Positions 9,110 through 18,207 of a stretch of DNA of 64,000 bases are shown one piece after another. The DNA comes from an uncultured Erysipelotrichaceae bacterium (GTDB lineage Bacteria; Bacillota_I; Bacilli_A; Erysipelotrichales; Erysipelotrichaceae), in NCBI GenBank assembly GCA_937900565.1, contig CALCFG010000136.1:513-64512 (forward strand), given 5' to 3'. The translations under genes were made by a program, and so were the position numbers. Position 1 is the stretch's first letter. Each line of letters begins with the position of its first letter. The notes beneath the pieces were generated by a model. The model was not told the origin of the DNA and ran no database searches. It saw only the letters and a program-made list of their open reading frames with translations.

Positions 9110-10435
9110 ATGGCAAACGTATTAAATAATATTGCTAGTTTTCTTGAAAAATTTTTAAGCCCTGTAGCTGGTAAAATTGCAGGGAATAAACATTTACAAA
9201 TTTTAGCTGCTGCTTTCATGAGTATCTTACCATTGATTATGGTTGGTTCATTTGCAATGATTATAGCTTTTCCATTCATGGACTATACTACAATGCAAAC
9301 AACAGATATGTTCTATGGTTTCTTCAAAGCGTGGGCAGCATTCTCTGAAGGCTTTGGACAACATCTTGGCTATTTATTCAATATCACATTAGGTAGCCAA
9401 GGATTATGGTTATCAATCGCAATCGCTTATGTAACTGCAAAAAGAAGAAACTTACACATGTTAAATTCAATTATCGTTGTTTTTGTTTCTTTCCTTGTAG
9501 TTAATGGATCATTAATTGATTGGAACTGGTCAAGTGCTTACTTTGGTGGAACTGGTATCTTCAGTGCAATTCTTGTATCATTCTTAGCTATTGACTTATA
9601 CACATTCATGTCAGAAAAGAAAATTGGATACATTAAATTCCCTGATAGTGTTCCTGAAGTATTATCAAGTTCTATTTCTACATTATTCCCAATTGCAGTG
9701 ATTTTCGTATTAATGTGTGTCATCAGAGGCGTATTTGGTGATATCATCGGTATTCCTTTCCCTGAATTGATCATGTCAATTGGTTCTAAGTTAAATATGG
9801 CAGTTGATAGTATCTTTGGTATCTCAATTGCATCTACACTTTCTCAAATTGCTTGGTGGTTTGGTATTCACTCAAGTGCAATATTATCAGTTGTTACTCC
9901 TTCTTTAGAAGCTAACATGTTAAGTAACATCAATGCTTATGCAGCAGGTGTTCCATTATCTGATTTACCAACTATCGTAAACTCTACATTCTATTATACT
10001 TATGTTGCAATCGGAGGGGGCGGAGCTACATTTGGTCTAGTTTTATTAATGCTTAAGAGTAAATCTGAACAAATCAGAGTAATTGGTAAATTATCAATTA
10101 TCCCTGCATTCTTTGGTATCAATGAACCAGTATTGTTCGGTTTACCAATCGTATTAAACCCAATGTTCTTAATCCCATTCTTATTATCCCATGTTGTAAA
10201 TATTATCATCTGTTACTACGCTATGAGCTTTAACTTAGTCAATAAAGTCGTGATGTCTTTATCAGCCCAAACGCCGATTGGATTAAGTCATGTGTTGGGT
10301 AACTTAGACTTCAGATCAATAATTTTATTAGTCGTAGTAATTTTAGTCGATGTAGTATTGTATTATCCGTTCTTTAAATTATTTGAAAAAGATAAAGTTG
10401 CTGAAGAAGAAGCTTTGGCAGCACAATCTAAATAG
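9110..10435 (+). CDS. PTS lactose/cellobiose-family EIIC permease
   Basis: 441 aa polytopic protein. N-terminus FLEKFLSPVAGKIAGNKHLQILAAAFMSILPLIMVGSF is typical of CelB/LicC-type EIIC. Confidence 0.85.
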   Translation: MANVLNNIASFLEKFLSPVAGKIAGNKHLQILAAAFMSILPLIMVGSFAMIIAFPFMDYTTMQTTDMFYGFFKAWAAFSEGFGQHLGYLFNITLGSQGLWLSIAIAYVTAKRRNLHMLNSIIVVFVSFLVVNGSLIDWNWSSAYFGGTGIFSAILVSFLAIDLYTFMSEKKIGYIKFPDSVPEVLSSSISTLFPIAVIFVLMCVIRGVFGDIIGIPFPELIMSIGSKLNMAVDSIFGISIASTLSQIAWWFGIHSSAILSVVTPSLEANMLSNINAYAAGVPLSDLPTIVNSTFYYTYVAIGGGGATFGLVLLMLKSKSEQIRVIGKLSIIPAFFGINEPVLFGLPIVLNPMFLIPFLLSHVVNIIICYYAMSFNLVNKVVMSLSAQTPIGLSHVLGNLDFRSIILLVVVILVDVVLYYPFFKLFEKDKVAEEEALAAQSK

Positions 10436-10443
10436 GAGATTAT

Positions 10444-10755
10444 ATGAGTAAAATTAATGTTTTGTTAGCCTGTCAAAACGGAATGAGTACAGGTATTATT
10501 AAAAAGAAAATCGAAGAAACAGCTGTTGCAGAAGGACAAGAAATTACCATCTGTGCTGTTGGATTAGATGAAATCAAAAAAGAAGCAAGTAAATTTGACA
10601 TTTTACTTCTTGCACCACAAATCAAATATGCTGCTAAATCAGTCGAAAAAGATGTTGAAGGCATATGCAAGTTTATGATTATCGATTCAATTGACTTTGG
10701 TACTATGAACGGATCAAACGTATATCATAAAATGATGAAGAAATTAGCTGAATAG
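10444..10755 (+). CDS. PTS lactose/cellobiose-family EIIB
   Basis: KINVLLACQNGMSTG with the phospho-cysteine. 103 aa. SD GGAG. Confidence 0.85.
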   Translation: MSKINVLLACQNGMSTGIIKKKIEETAVAEGQEITICAVGLDEIKKEASKFDILLLAPQIKYAAKSVEKDVEGICKFMIIDSIDFGTMNGSNVYHKMMKKLAE

Positions 10756-10756
10756 T

Positions 10757-11689
10757 ATGTTGAAACAAGTATTAGATATTTATGAACTTATAGATCGAGG
10801 TACTGTTTGCGGACAGGATATAGTAGATTTATTCAAAACCTTTGAATTTGTTGATGCGTCTTGGGTTAAAGTTGAAGGTTCCGAAGGAAGTACTGATTTC
10901 GTTGAAATTTTAGTTAAAGGTACACATGGAAAAAGCGTAGGTGGTACTAAACCAACTCTATCAGTAATTGGAAGACTTGGCGGTATAGGCGCAAGACCAA
11001 AATATAAAGGAATGGTTTCTGATGCAGATGGATGTATTTGTGCTTTGTCAGTAGCGTATAAACTAGCGCAGATGAGTAAACACAAAGATCGTTTAGACGG
11101 CGATGTTGTCATTACAACACACATTTGCCCAAATGCTCCGACCGAACCGCATGAACCAGTTGATTTTATGGGCTCACCAGTTGATATGGAACAAATGAAT
11201 CAGTATGAAGTTATCAAAGATGCCGATGCTGTAATTACAATCGATACAACTAAAGGAAACAATATTATCACTAACAAAGGATTTGCAATTTCACCAACTG
11301 TAAAAGAAGGATATATTTTAAAAGTAAATCAGCAACTAGTTAATATTATGGAACAAACTTCTGGCACTAAAGCTAAAACCTTCCCGCTTTGCCAGTTAGA
11401 TATCACACCATATTCAAACAACATGTATCACATCAACAGTATCTTGCAACCAGCAACCGCAACAAATGCTCCTGTTGTAGGCGTTGCAATAACTACTGAA
11501 ACTGCCGTTGCAGGTTGTGCGACTAGTGCTAGTCATGAAATCGATATTGCGGAAGCAGCTAGATTTACTTTAGAAGTAGCTAAACAATTTACAGAAGAAC
11601 GTTTAGAGTTCTACGATTCAAAAGAATTCAAACAACTTACAGATTTATACGGAAAGATGAACATTTTCCAGACAAATCCACAATTATAA
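10757..11689 (+). CDS. conserved hypothetical protein, tentatively DUF1177-like (a family that usually partners MlrC/M81 peptidases)
   Basis: ATG lies 1 nt after the EIIB stop (translational coupling). Size is about 310 aa with a possible metal site ITTHICPNAPTEPHEPVDF. Family assignment is from memory of size and context, not verified. Confidence 0.35.
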   Translation: MLKQVLDIYELIDRGTVCGQDIVDLFKTFEFVDASWVKVEGSEGSTDFVEILVKGTHGKSVGGTKPTLSVIGRLGGIGARPKYKGMVSDADGCICALSVAYKLAQMSKHKDRLDGDVVITTHICPNAPTEPHEPVDFMGSPVDMEQMNQYEVIKDADAVITIDTTKGNNIITNKGFAISPTVKEGYILKVNQQLVNIMEQTSGTKAKTFPLCQLDITPYSNNMYHINSILQPATATNAPVVGVAITTETAVAGCATSASHEIDIAEAARFTLEVAKQFTEERLEFYDSKEFKQLTDLYGKMNIFQTNPQL

Positions 11690-11694
11690 TTAAT

Positions 11695-11727
11695 GGGAGA
11701 GGTTAGTCCTCTCCCAGGAGTTTTTTT
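11695..11727 (+). terminator. strong GC-rich hairpin terminator/attenuator with the next gene's SD inside it
   Basis: GGGAGAGG-TTAGT-CCTCTCCC, then AGGAG, then T7, then ATG at 11730. Confidence 0.7.
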
Positions 11728-11729
11728 AT

Positions 11730-12422
11730 ATGAAATTTATCTTAATCTTATTAATATTTGCACTTATATTTGCATTGCCAATTATTTTACTTATCAAAAA
11801 TAAAGAGAAGCTAAACATAAAATTTGTTTTCGTTGGCTTATTGATGTACTTAGTATTTAGGATATTGCTTTATCCTTTTATCGGATTGTTTGCAAACAAT
11901 TTGACAGTACTAGCAAAATCTATCATCGATGTAATTTATCTATTGGTATATATATTGATTGTTAAACGATTGATTTTTACAAAAGTATTCCATCTATCAA
12001 GCGAAGATAAAGACAAGCTCTTTTCATCTGGATTAACTGAATCAACAATTGAAGTGTTATTAGTTTTTTTACCAAACTTATTAAATCTAGGTGCTTATTT
12101 TTTCTTGCTAGAATTTGGAAATATCTACGATGCACTTGAAACAAGTTTTACAGCCAACCAGATTCAAGAATACGTTACATATTTAAATTCAATTGGTTAT
12201 GATTACTTTATGTTCTTAGGACTAATGATAATTGCTTTATATCTGTTTAACATTACAAACAACTACTTGTTAGTAAATAACGCAAAATTAAGCTTCGTGT
12301 ATTCTTTAGTATTGTATGTTACATATTTTGTTTTAGCACTACTAAATAAATGGATTGCCTGCATTATATTAATCGGATTAATTACTTCAATTTACTACAT
12401 TAACAGTAAAGAAAGGATTTAA
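11730..12422 (+). CDS. hypothetical polytopic membrane protein
   Basis: Six to seven hydrophobic helices and no recognisable motif. Its stop overlaps the next start (TAAATG). Confidence 0.5.
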   Translation: MKFILILLIFALIFALPIILLIKNKEKLNIKFVFVGLLMYLVFRILLYPFIGLFANNLTVLAKSIIDVIYLLVYILIVKRLIFTKVFHLSSEDKDKLFSSGLTESTIEVLLVFLPNLLNLGAYFFLLEFGNIYDALETSFTANQIQEYVTYLNSIGYDYFMFLGLMIIALYLFNITNNYLLVNNAKLSFVYSLVLYVTYFVLALLNKWIACIILIGLITSIYYINSKERI

Positions 12423-13883
12423 ATGAAAGTTTTTGTTGCGCACTTTACAGCAGAATGTAATGAACATATCAGCCATGTGGTTGATAAAAATGATTTCCTG
12501 TTTTTATATGGCGATGAATGCATTGCTGCAATGAATATAAAAGAGGTTTTTGAAAAGGAAAATATAGAAATCATTCCTTCAATTTATGCAAATGTGAATC
12601 CCAATGGCATGATTTCTTTGGATACATTTAAATTTATTAAAGAAACAATCATTTCGAAGTTAAAAGAATGTGTAGACTCAATTGATGGAGTATACTTACA
12701 GTTTCATGGTGCTAGTGGCGTTAAAGGCTTAGATTGTGTATCTGGTGAACATGATATTCTCGATGCGATCAGAAAAGTCACAGGAAAATATATGCCGATT
12801 GCAATGGTTATGGATCCGCATGGGAATCTAACAAACGAATTAGCTGATAAGTTGAATATTGTTAGATGTTACAGAGAATCTCCGCATTCAGATGCTGTTG
12901 ATACGGAAATCAAAGTTGCTAAGTTGCTTGTAGATTTGATTAAAAAAAAAAGAGTAATGCATCCAATTGTTAAAAAGATTCCTATCATGGTCGGAGGAGA
13001 AAGAAGTGTTTCAGCTAATGAACCAGTTGCTTCAGTCAATAAAATGTTAGACGAATACGAAAAAGATGATCGTGTTTTCTCAACAAGTTTACATATTGGC
13101 TATATCAGACATGACGATGATAAGCTTGGTGCTGCGATTACTGTTATTCCATCAGAAGATAAATATAGTGAATATTGTAATGAAATAGCCATTAAGCTAT
13201 CAAATTATGTCTGGGAACATCGTCACGAATTTAAATTTAACGGTAACTTTGATGAAGTTGATGCCTCGGTTCTAAAAGCTATTGCATATGATGGCAAGAC
13301 TGTTGTAATTACCGATTCAGGCGACAATTGTGGTGCTGGTGGATATGGGCAAAATACGGTTGTATTAAGAGAATTTTTAAAACAAAAAACAGACAAGAAA
13401 ATTTTATTTGCCGGCATTAATGATAAAAAGGCTTATAAATTATTATCAACTGCAAATATTGGAGACTCATTAAACGTTAACATTGGAATTGAAGAAGATG
13501 AATTAAGCAAAGCTGTTAATGTTGACTGCCATTTAATTGCAATTGGAGAGCAAAAAAGAGGATATGCACTTCATGACGATTGTGGGCTTTCATATCTAAT
13601 CAATATCGATAATACCAACATTGATATTCTCGTTCTAAACGATAATATTCAATACGGTACAATGGAACAGTTTGATTACGCCAAAGCTCCATTCCATGAT
13701 TATGATATTGTTATAGTTAAAATGGGATATTTAGATACATACCTAATTCCAGAAACAAAATATCATATTATGGCACTAACTGATGGTCCAACAATTCAAC
13801 GTAGCGAAAAAATACCATTTAAAAAAATCGCACGGCCAATGTATCCAATTGACGATTTTGATGAACTTTATTTTATAAATTAA
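12423..13883 (+). CDS. MlrC-like M81-family metallopeptidase homologue
   Basis: N-terminus MKVFVAHFTAECNEH resembles the M(R/K)I..GGF.HETNTF start of MlrC-type proteins. Length (486 aa) and the HGA..G...SGEH / DPHGN segments fit. Not verified by search. Confidence 0.5.
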   Translation: MKVFVAHFTAECNEHISHVVDKNDFLFLYGDECIAAMNIKEVFEKENIEIIPSIYANVNPNGMISLDTFKFIKETIISKLKECVDSIDGVYLQFHGASGVKGLDCVSGEHDILDAIRKVTGKYMPIAMVMDPHGNLTNELADKLNIVRCYRESPHSDAVDTEIKVAKLLVDLIKKKRVMHPIVKKIPIMVGGERSVSANEPVASVNKMLDEYEKDDRVFSTSLHIGYIRHDDDKLGAAITVIPSEDKYSEYCNEIAIKLSNYVWEHRHEFKFNGNFDEVDASVLKAIAYDGKTVVITDSGDNCGAGGYGQNTVVLREFLKQKTDKKILFAGINDKKAYKLLSTANIGDSLNVNIGIEEDELSKAVNVDCHLIAIGEQKRGYALHDDCGLSYLINIDNTNIDILVLNDNIQYGTMEQFDYAKAPFHDYDIVIVKMGYLDTYLIPETKYHIMALTDGPTIQRSEKIPFKKIARPMYPIDDFDELYFIN

Positions 13884-13898
13884 GAGGAGAGATCATTA

Positions 13899-13923
13899 TG
13901 ATACAACCCTAGTCAAGTAGACA
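13899..13923. repeat. IS left inverted repeat TGATACAACCCTAGTCAAGTAGACA
   Basis: 18/25 ungapped identities with the reverse complement of 15772-15796. Shared TGATA terminus and GTAGACA block. Confidence 0.65.
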
Positions 13924-14098
13924 TGGGAAATATGTAAAAGTCTCATCGATCAACAGCCCATTCCAATTTGGTTTGGGTTGTATTTTATTTCTTCTATAAT
14001 AATTTCTTTTTGATGTTTCTTCTTTGATTCAATTTTATTCCAGTATCTGACATATCTTTTTGCTGGAATAATTGGATATCGTGTAAATTCATTTTGTT

Positions 14099-15715
14099 CT
14101 AGTGATTCATTTGTACTTGTCCACAAGGTTTACCGTTTAATCTTTTTTGTGGATAATGATTGATGTAGTAATCTAGCGTTCCTTTGATAGCTTGTCTCAT
14201 TTCTTCTTTGGAAGTGATGCTTGGATATAGGATAAACAACATATCTTTAAATTGTCCCTGAAAACCTTCACACACTCCATTATCAATGCACTTTGATACA
14301 CGTGACATAGATTGTGACATACCATATTCATCCAATTTTAATTTATATACTTGTCTTGTATACGCAAAACCTCTGTCTGAATGTACTAATGGTGTTGCTT
14401 CAGGATATGCATTATGAGCATTCTTTAGTGTTTGATCAGCTAGTAATGCATCGTTTTTATCAGATACTTCTAAAGCGACTGGAAACCTGTCATAAAGATC
14501 AATCATTGGCGAAATAAATAGTTTCTCTCCAGTTGTAGGTATCTTTACCTCCGTAACATCCGTACACCATTTTTGATTTGGACCTGTAGTATTGAAATCT
14601 CTGTTGAGAATGTTTTCTGCCGTATGTTCTGCATTAGATCGAATGTAGTTGTATCTGGATCTACGTCTATAAGTGGATTTGATATCATTGATGCACATCA
14701 ATCGATAGACTCTGTTATGACCACATCTATATCCTTCGTTTCTTAGAGTGTAGTACATGGTCATTGTGCCAAAAAGAGAATTGTTGGAATTAGATATCTC
14801 CTTGATTCTAGATGTAATTCTTTCATCTTCATGTTGTTTATCCAATTGTTTAGGAGAAGGTGATGAGTGTAGCCACTTGTAATATGCACTTCTGCAGATG
14901 CCCATGATTGAACACATTTCATTTATTGGCCAGTTGCGATTTTCATGTAATGATTGTATTAGCGAATAATCTTTTATCTTTTGTTTTCTTATAAGATAAA
15001 GTCTTTTAGCCTTCGGAAGACTCGCCAAATAGGTCTTTTCGAAGGCTTCGTCTTTTTTTAACAGTTCAAGCTCCATCTCTTGTCGTCTGTTGATTCTTTC
15101 AAGCTCGGCTATTCTGCGCTGAGCTTTTTCCAAGTCGGTTAGTTGTTCTTCAGATTTATGTTTACCACGTCTGTCTTCGAGAGCATCTTCTCCATTGGAT
15201 TCATATTTTTTGACCCAGTTATAAATTTGAGCGTAATTTCCACCATAAAATTCAGCTGTACCTTTATAATCGTGATTATGATCTATACAGTATTTAATGA
15301 TTTCGATTTTCTTTTCTTTGCTTACTTTTAAAGTATCAGCCATATAGACCTCCGGTTTAGGATCGTAACCCTTAAGTTCTCTATGACTATTATACTTTTT
15401 TACCCAATTTAAAACAGTAGTACATTTAGGTATTCCATACTTAGCTGCCAAATCTATGGATGATCCATAACCTTGAAGATATTCTTGAACAACCATCTCC
15501 TTAAACTCTTTAGAATACTTATTGTTTGTACTCTTATTGTCAAAAATTGAATGGCTGTTTACGCGATAGCTTTTGACCCATTCTAGAACTAATCCGGATC
15601 CGCATTTTCCCATGTTCAATTCAAGCTTTATTTGTTCTGCAGATTTTCTTCCGCTTAAATAATCTTCACAAGCCTGTACCTTTTGTTCTTTCGTATATTT
15701 AGCTTTTCTTCCCAT
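14099..15715 (-). CDS. IS3-family transposase, OrfA-OrfB in a single fused reading frame
   Basis: HTH repeats (AKYTKEQKVQACEDYL, EFKEMVVQEYL, KIEIIKYCIDH), a leucine-zipper-like EQLTDLEKAQRRIAELERINRRQEMELELLKK, then an rve-type core (NQKWCTDVTE...HSDRGFAYT...CIDNGVCEGF). ATG 15715 lies 7 nt after AAAGGTGGGA. Confidence 0.85.
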   Translation of the reverse strand: MGRKAKYTKEQKVQACEDYLSGRKSAEQIKLELNMGKCGSGLVLEWVKSYRVNSHSIFDNKSTNNKYSKEFKEMVVQEYLQGYGSSIDLAAKYGIPKCTTVLNWVKKYNSHRELKGYDPKPEVYMADTLKVSKEKKIEIIKYCIDHNHDYKGTAEFYGGNYAQIYNWVKKYESNGEDALEDRRGKHKSEEQLTDLEKAQRRIAELERINRRQEMELELLKKDEAFEKTYLASLPKAKRLYLIRKQKIKDYSLIQSLHENRNWPINEMCSIMGICRSAYYKWLHSSPSPKQLDKQHEDERITSRIKEISNSNNSLFGTMTMYYTLRNEGYRCGHNRVYRLMCINDIKSTYRRRSRYNYIRSNAEHTAENILNRDFNTTGPNQKWCTDVTEVKIPTTGEKLFISPMIDLYDRFPVALEVSDKNDALLADQTLKNAHNAYPEATPLVHSDRGFAYTRQVYKLKLDEYGMSQSMSRVSKCIDNGVCEGFQGQFKDMLFILYPSITSKEEMRQAIKGTLDYYINHYPQKRLNGKPCGQVQMNH

Positions 15716-15771
15716 ATAAAAATCCCACCTTTGTAGTTTCACATCGATGGGATAATTTTAATTATTTCGTG

Positions 15772-15796
15772 TGTCTACCTCGGTGGGATTATATCA
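15772..15796. repeat. IS right inverted repeat
   Basis: Reverse complement reads TGATATAATCCCACCGAGGTAGACA. Confidence 0.65.
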
Positions 15797-15901
15797 TCAA
15801 GCTCTGCTTTTACTATTTCATGAAATATTTAGGACAACAAACATAAATATACTAAAGGTTCATAAAACTCTTGCTAGAAGCTGACTTTTAGTCAAAATAT
15901 T

Positions 15902-15917
15902 AGTGAATTTAATCACT
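15902..15917. promoter_or_regulatory. CRP/FNR-type palindrome AGTGA-N6-TCACT upstream of flavoprotein reductase 1
   Basis: Perfect 5-bp arms with a 6-bp spacer (AGTGAATTTAATCACT). Followed by TTGTTA (15925-15930) and TATAGT about 16 nt later. Confidence 0.35.
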
Positions 15918-16007
15918 TTCTACTTGTTAATTTTTTATAAAGGTGTATAGTAGGTCTATCAAGACATTGATACGTATTGTACCGAATGCCAAGAATAGGA
16001 GAATAGA

Positions 16008-17975
16008 ATGAAAAAGCTTTTTGCAAGTACATTGGCCGGATTCATGGTATTGAGTTTGGCTGCGTGTTCTGGTAGTAATGACGCTAAAGAAACAGCAACA
16101 ACTATTGGAAAATTAACACCTGGCACTTACACTGCAAGTCGTGCTGGATTAAATGGTGATGTTGAAGTGGAAGTTACAGTATCTGAAACAGCCATTGAAG
16201 ATGTTAAAGTAGTGAATGAAATGGAAACGCCAGGTATTGGATCTGTATTAGTAGATGGGTCTAAAGAAGGTATTGTACCGGTAGTTTCAATTCCTAAAGC
16301 TATTGTGGAAAATCAAAGCATTGCAGTGGATTCAGTAACTGGTGCAACCATTACTTCTGGCGCTATTAAAGGTGCTGTTGAAGATTGTTTAGTTGAAGCT
16401 GGTGCTAATGTGGATGAATGGAAGAAAGAAGTTGCATTTACACCTGCTGAAGTTGCTACAGATGCAGATGTTATTGTTGTTGGTGGCGGTGGTGCCGGTT
16501 TAGTTGCTGCAATTAGTGCTAGTCAAAATGGTGCTAAAGTTATCGTTTTAGAAAAGAATGGTGCAGTTGGTGGTGACACACTTGTTTGTGGCGCTATCTA
16601 TAACAACCCAGATAAAGAATTGCAATCACAAGTTGAAATGAGTGATGCGGTTAAACATCAATTAGAACAAGCTTTAGAAGTAGAACCTGTGGATGACAAA
16701 CATGCTGCTTTACAAGATGCAGTTCGTAAAGAATGGGAAGAATATAAAGCAAGTGGTGAAACTTATTTATTCGATAGTGATAATTGGTTTGAATTACAAA
16801 CTTACCAAGGTGGAGATAGTGTAGCTAACTTAGATTTAGTTGAAGTGTTAACACATCAAGCTGCGCCTGGTTATGAATGGATTAAATCATTGGGTATGGA
16901 ATTCAATGATAAGATTAGTCAAGGTGCGGGTTCATTATGGCAAAGAACACATACTTCTACGAAACAAATGGGCACAGGATTTATTTCAACTTATGTAGAA
17001 AATATCGATAAAGATCCAAATGTGACTATTTTACCTGAGATGACTGGTGAAAAATTAGTAACAGATGATAGTGGTAAAGTTATTGGCGTTGTTGCAAAAG
17101 ATAAAGGTGGTAACGAAGTTACGTTTAATGCAACTAAAGGTGTTGTTTTAGCAACTGGTGGTTTTGCTGCGAACAACAAAATGGTTCAAGAACATAATAC
17201 AAGTGGTAAATGGGACGATTTAAGTAAAACGATGACTACTAACCGTTTCTCTTGTAGCCAAGGTGATGGTATTCGTATGGCACAAGAAGTTGGTGCGAGT
17301 TTAACGGATATGGATCAAATCCAATTATTATACTTAGGTAATACGAAGAATGGTCAATTAACAAAATATCCAGCACGTTGCGCTAATGGTACTGACCAAG
17401 AAATCTTCATTAACAAAAATGGTGAACGTTTTGTTCGAGAAGATGGTCGTCGTGACGAAATTTGCTTAAAAGTATTACAACAACCCGATGGAATGTTCTA
17501 TTTCTTAGAATCTGCTGATGGTGATGGTTATGTGGATATTGCCACTGCTAAAACAGCGGATGGATTTGATTTTGCAAAGATGGAAGAAGAAGGATATATC
17601 ATTGTTGCTGATACATTAGATGAAATGGCAGAAAAATTAGGTTGTGATGCTGAAACGTTGAAAGCAACAGTTGATGCATTCAATGCAAGCGTTGAAAGTG
17701 GTGAAGATGAATTTGGACGTACTTTATATTCTACTAAGTTAGAAAATGGTCCATGGGTTGCTACACCACGTACAGCTTGCTTACACCACACAATGGGTGG
17801 TGTGACTATCGATACATTAGGTAATGTATTGGATGAAGCGGGTAACCCAATTAAAGGTTTAGTTGCTGCTGGTGAAATTACTGGTGGTATTCATGGTGCT
17901 AACCGTTTAGGTGGTAACGCTGTGGTTGATACAGTAGTATTTGGTAAATTAGCTGGCGAAACTATTGCAAAATAG
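16008..17975 (+). CDS. extracytoplasmic lipoprotein: FMN-binding domain fused to an FAD-dependent fumarate/urocanate-reductase-family flavoprotein
   Basis: Lipobox LSLAACSG. FMN_bind flavinylation motif DSVTGAT (16329-16349). Dinucleotide fold DVIVVGGGGAGLVAAISA...VLEKNGAVGGDT. C-terminal GLVAAGEITGGIHGANRLGGNA. Confidence 0.8.
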   Translation: MKKLFASTLAGFMVLSLAACSGSNDAKETATTIGKLTPGTYTASRAGLNGDVEVEVTVSETAIEDVKVVNEMETPGIGSVLVDGSKEGIVPVVSIPKAIVENQSIAVDSVTGATITSGAIKGAVEDCLVEAGANVDEWKKEVAFTPAEVATDADVIVVGGGGAGLVAAISASQNGAKVIVLEKNGAVGGDTLVCGAIYNNPDKELQSQVEMSDAVKHQLEQALEVEPVDDKHAALQDAVRKEWEEYKASGETYLFDSDNWFELQTYQGGDSVANLDLVEVLTHQAAPGYEWIKSLGMEFNDKISQGAGSLWQRTHTSTKQMGTGFISTYVENIDKDPNVTILPEMTGEKLVTDDSGKVIGVVAKDKGGNEVTFNATKGVVLATGGFAANNKMVQEHNTSGKWDDLSKTMTTNRFSCSQGDGIRMAQEVGASLTDMDQIQLLYLGNTKNGQLTKYPARCANGTDQEIFINKNGERFVREDGRRDEICLKVLQQPDGMFYFLESADGDGYVDIATAKTADGFDFAKMEEEGYIIVADTLDEMAEKLGCDAETLKATVDAFNASVESGEDEFGRTLYSTKLENGPWVATPRTACLHHTMGGVTIDTLGNVLDEAGNPIKGLVAAGEITGGIHGANRLGGNAVVDTVVFGKLAGETIAK

Positions 17976-17990
17976 TTAAAATCTCTAAGC

Positions 17991-18022
17991 AAAAAGGTGA
18001 TCTCAAAAAATCACCTTTTTGT
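17991..18022 (+). terminator. rho-independent terminator
   Basis: AAAAAGGTGAT-loop-ATCACCTTTTT. Confidence 0.75.
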
Positions 18023-18207
18023 GTGGGTTTAACTAGGCAAACATAATCATATATAGGGAAATGGGTAATATCACATCCCGATTTTACATCGTCACGTTAA
18101 AGCATTTATACGCTTTTCAGTTATTTCAATTAGTTTAGAGTGTGAAAAACATGTCATTAATGTAAAAAATCGTTTATCTCATCATTAAAAAGTGATAGAT
18201 TAGTATG

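Larger units (their letters stand above)
13899..15796 (-). mobile_element. IS3-family (IS150-group-like) insertion sequence, about 1.9 kb
   Basis: Terminal TG...CA imperfect inverted repeats enclose a transposase with multiple N-terminal HTH modules and a DDE/rve core. Confidence 0.8.

Noticed and set aside
9078-9112. SD (AAAGGGGGA) 24 nt from the EIIC start, with an intervening small hairpin AGTGT-TTTA-ACACT that could bridge SD and ATG
   Set aside because: The stem is only 5 bp and AT-rich. An SD-bridging mechanism cannot be supported from the sequence alone.
13893-15799. Target-site duplication of the IS (TCA at 13893-13895 versus 15797-15799)
   Set aside because: The left copy is 3 nt away from the best IR boundary, so no convincing direct duplication flanks the element as delimited.
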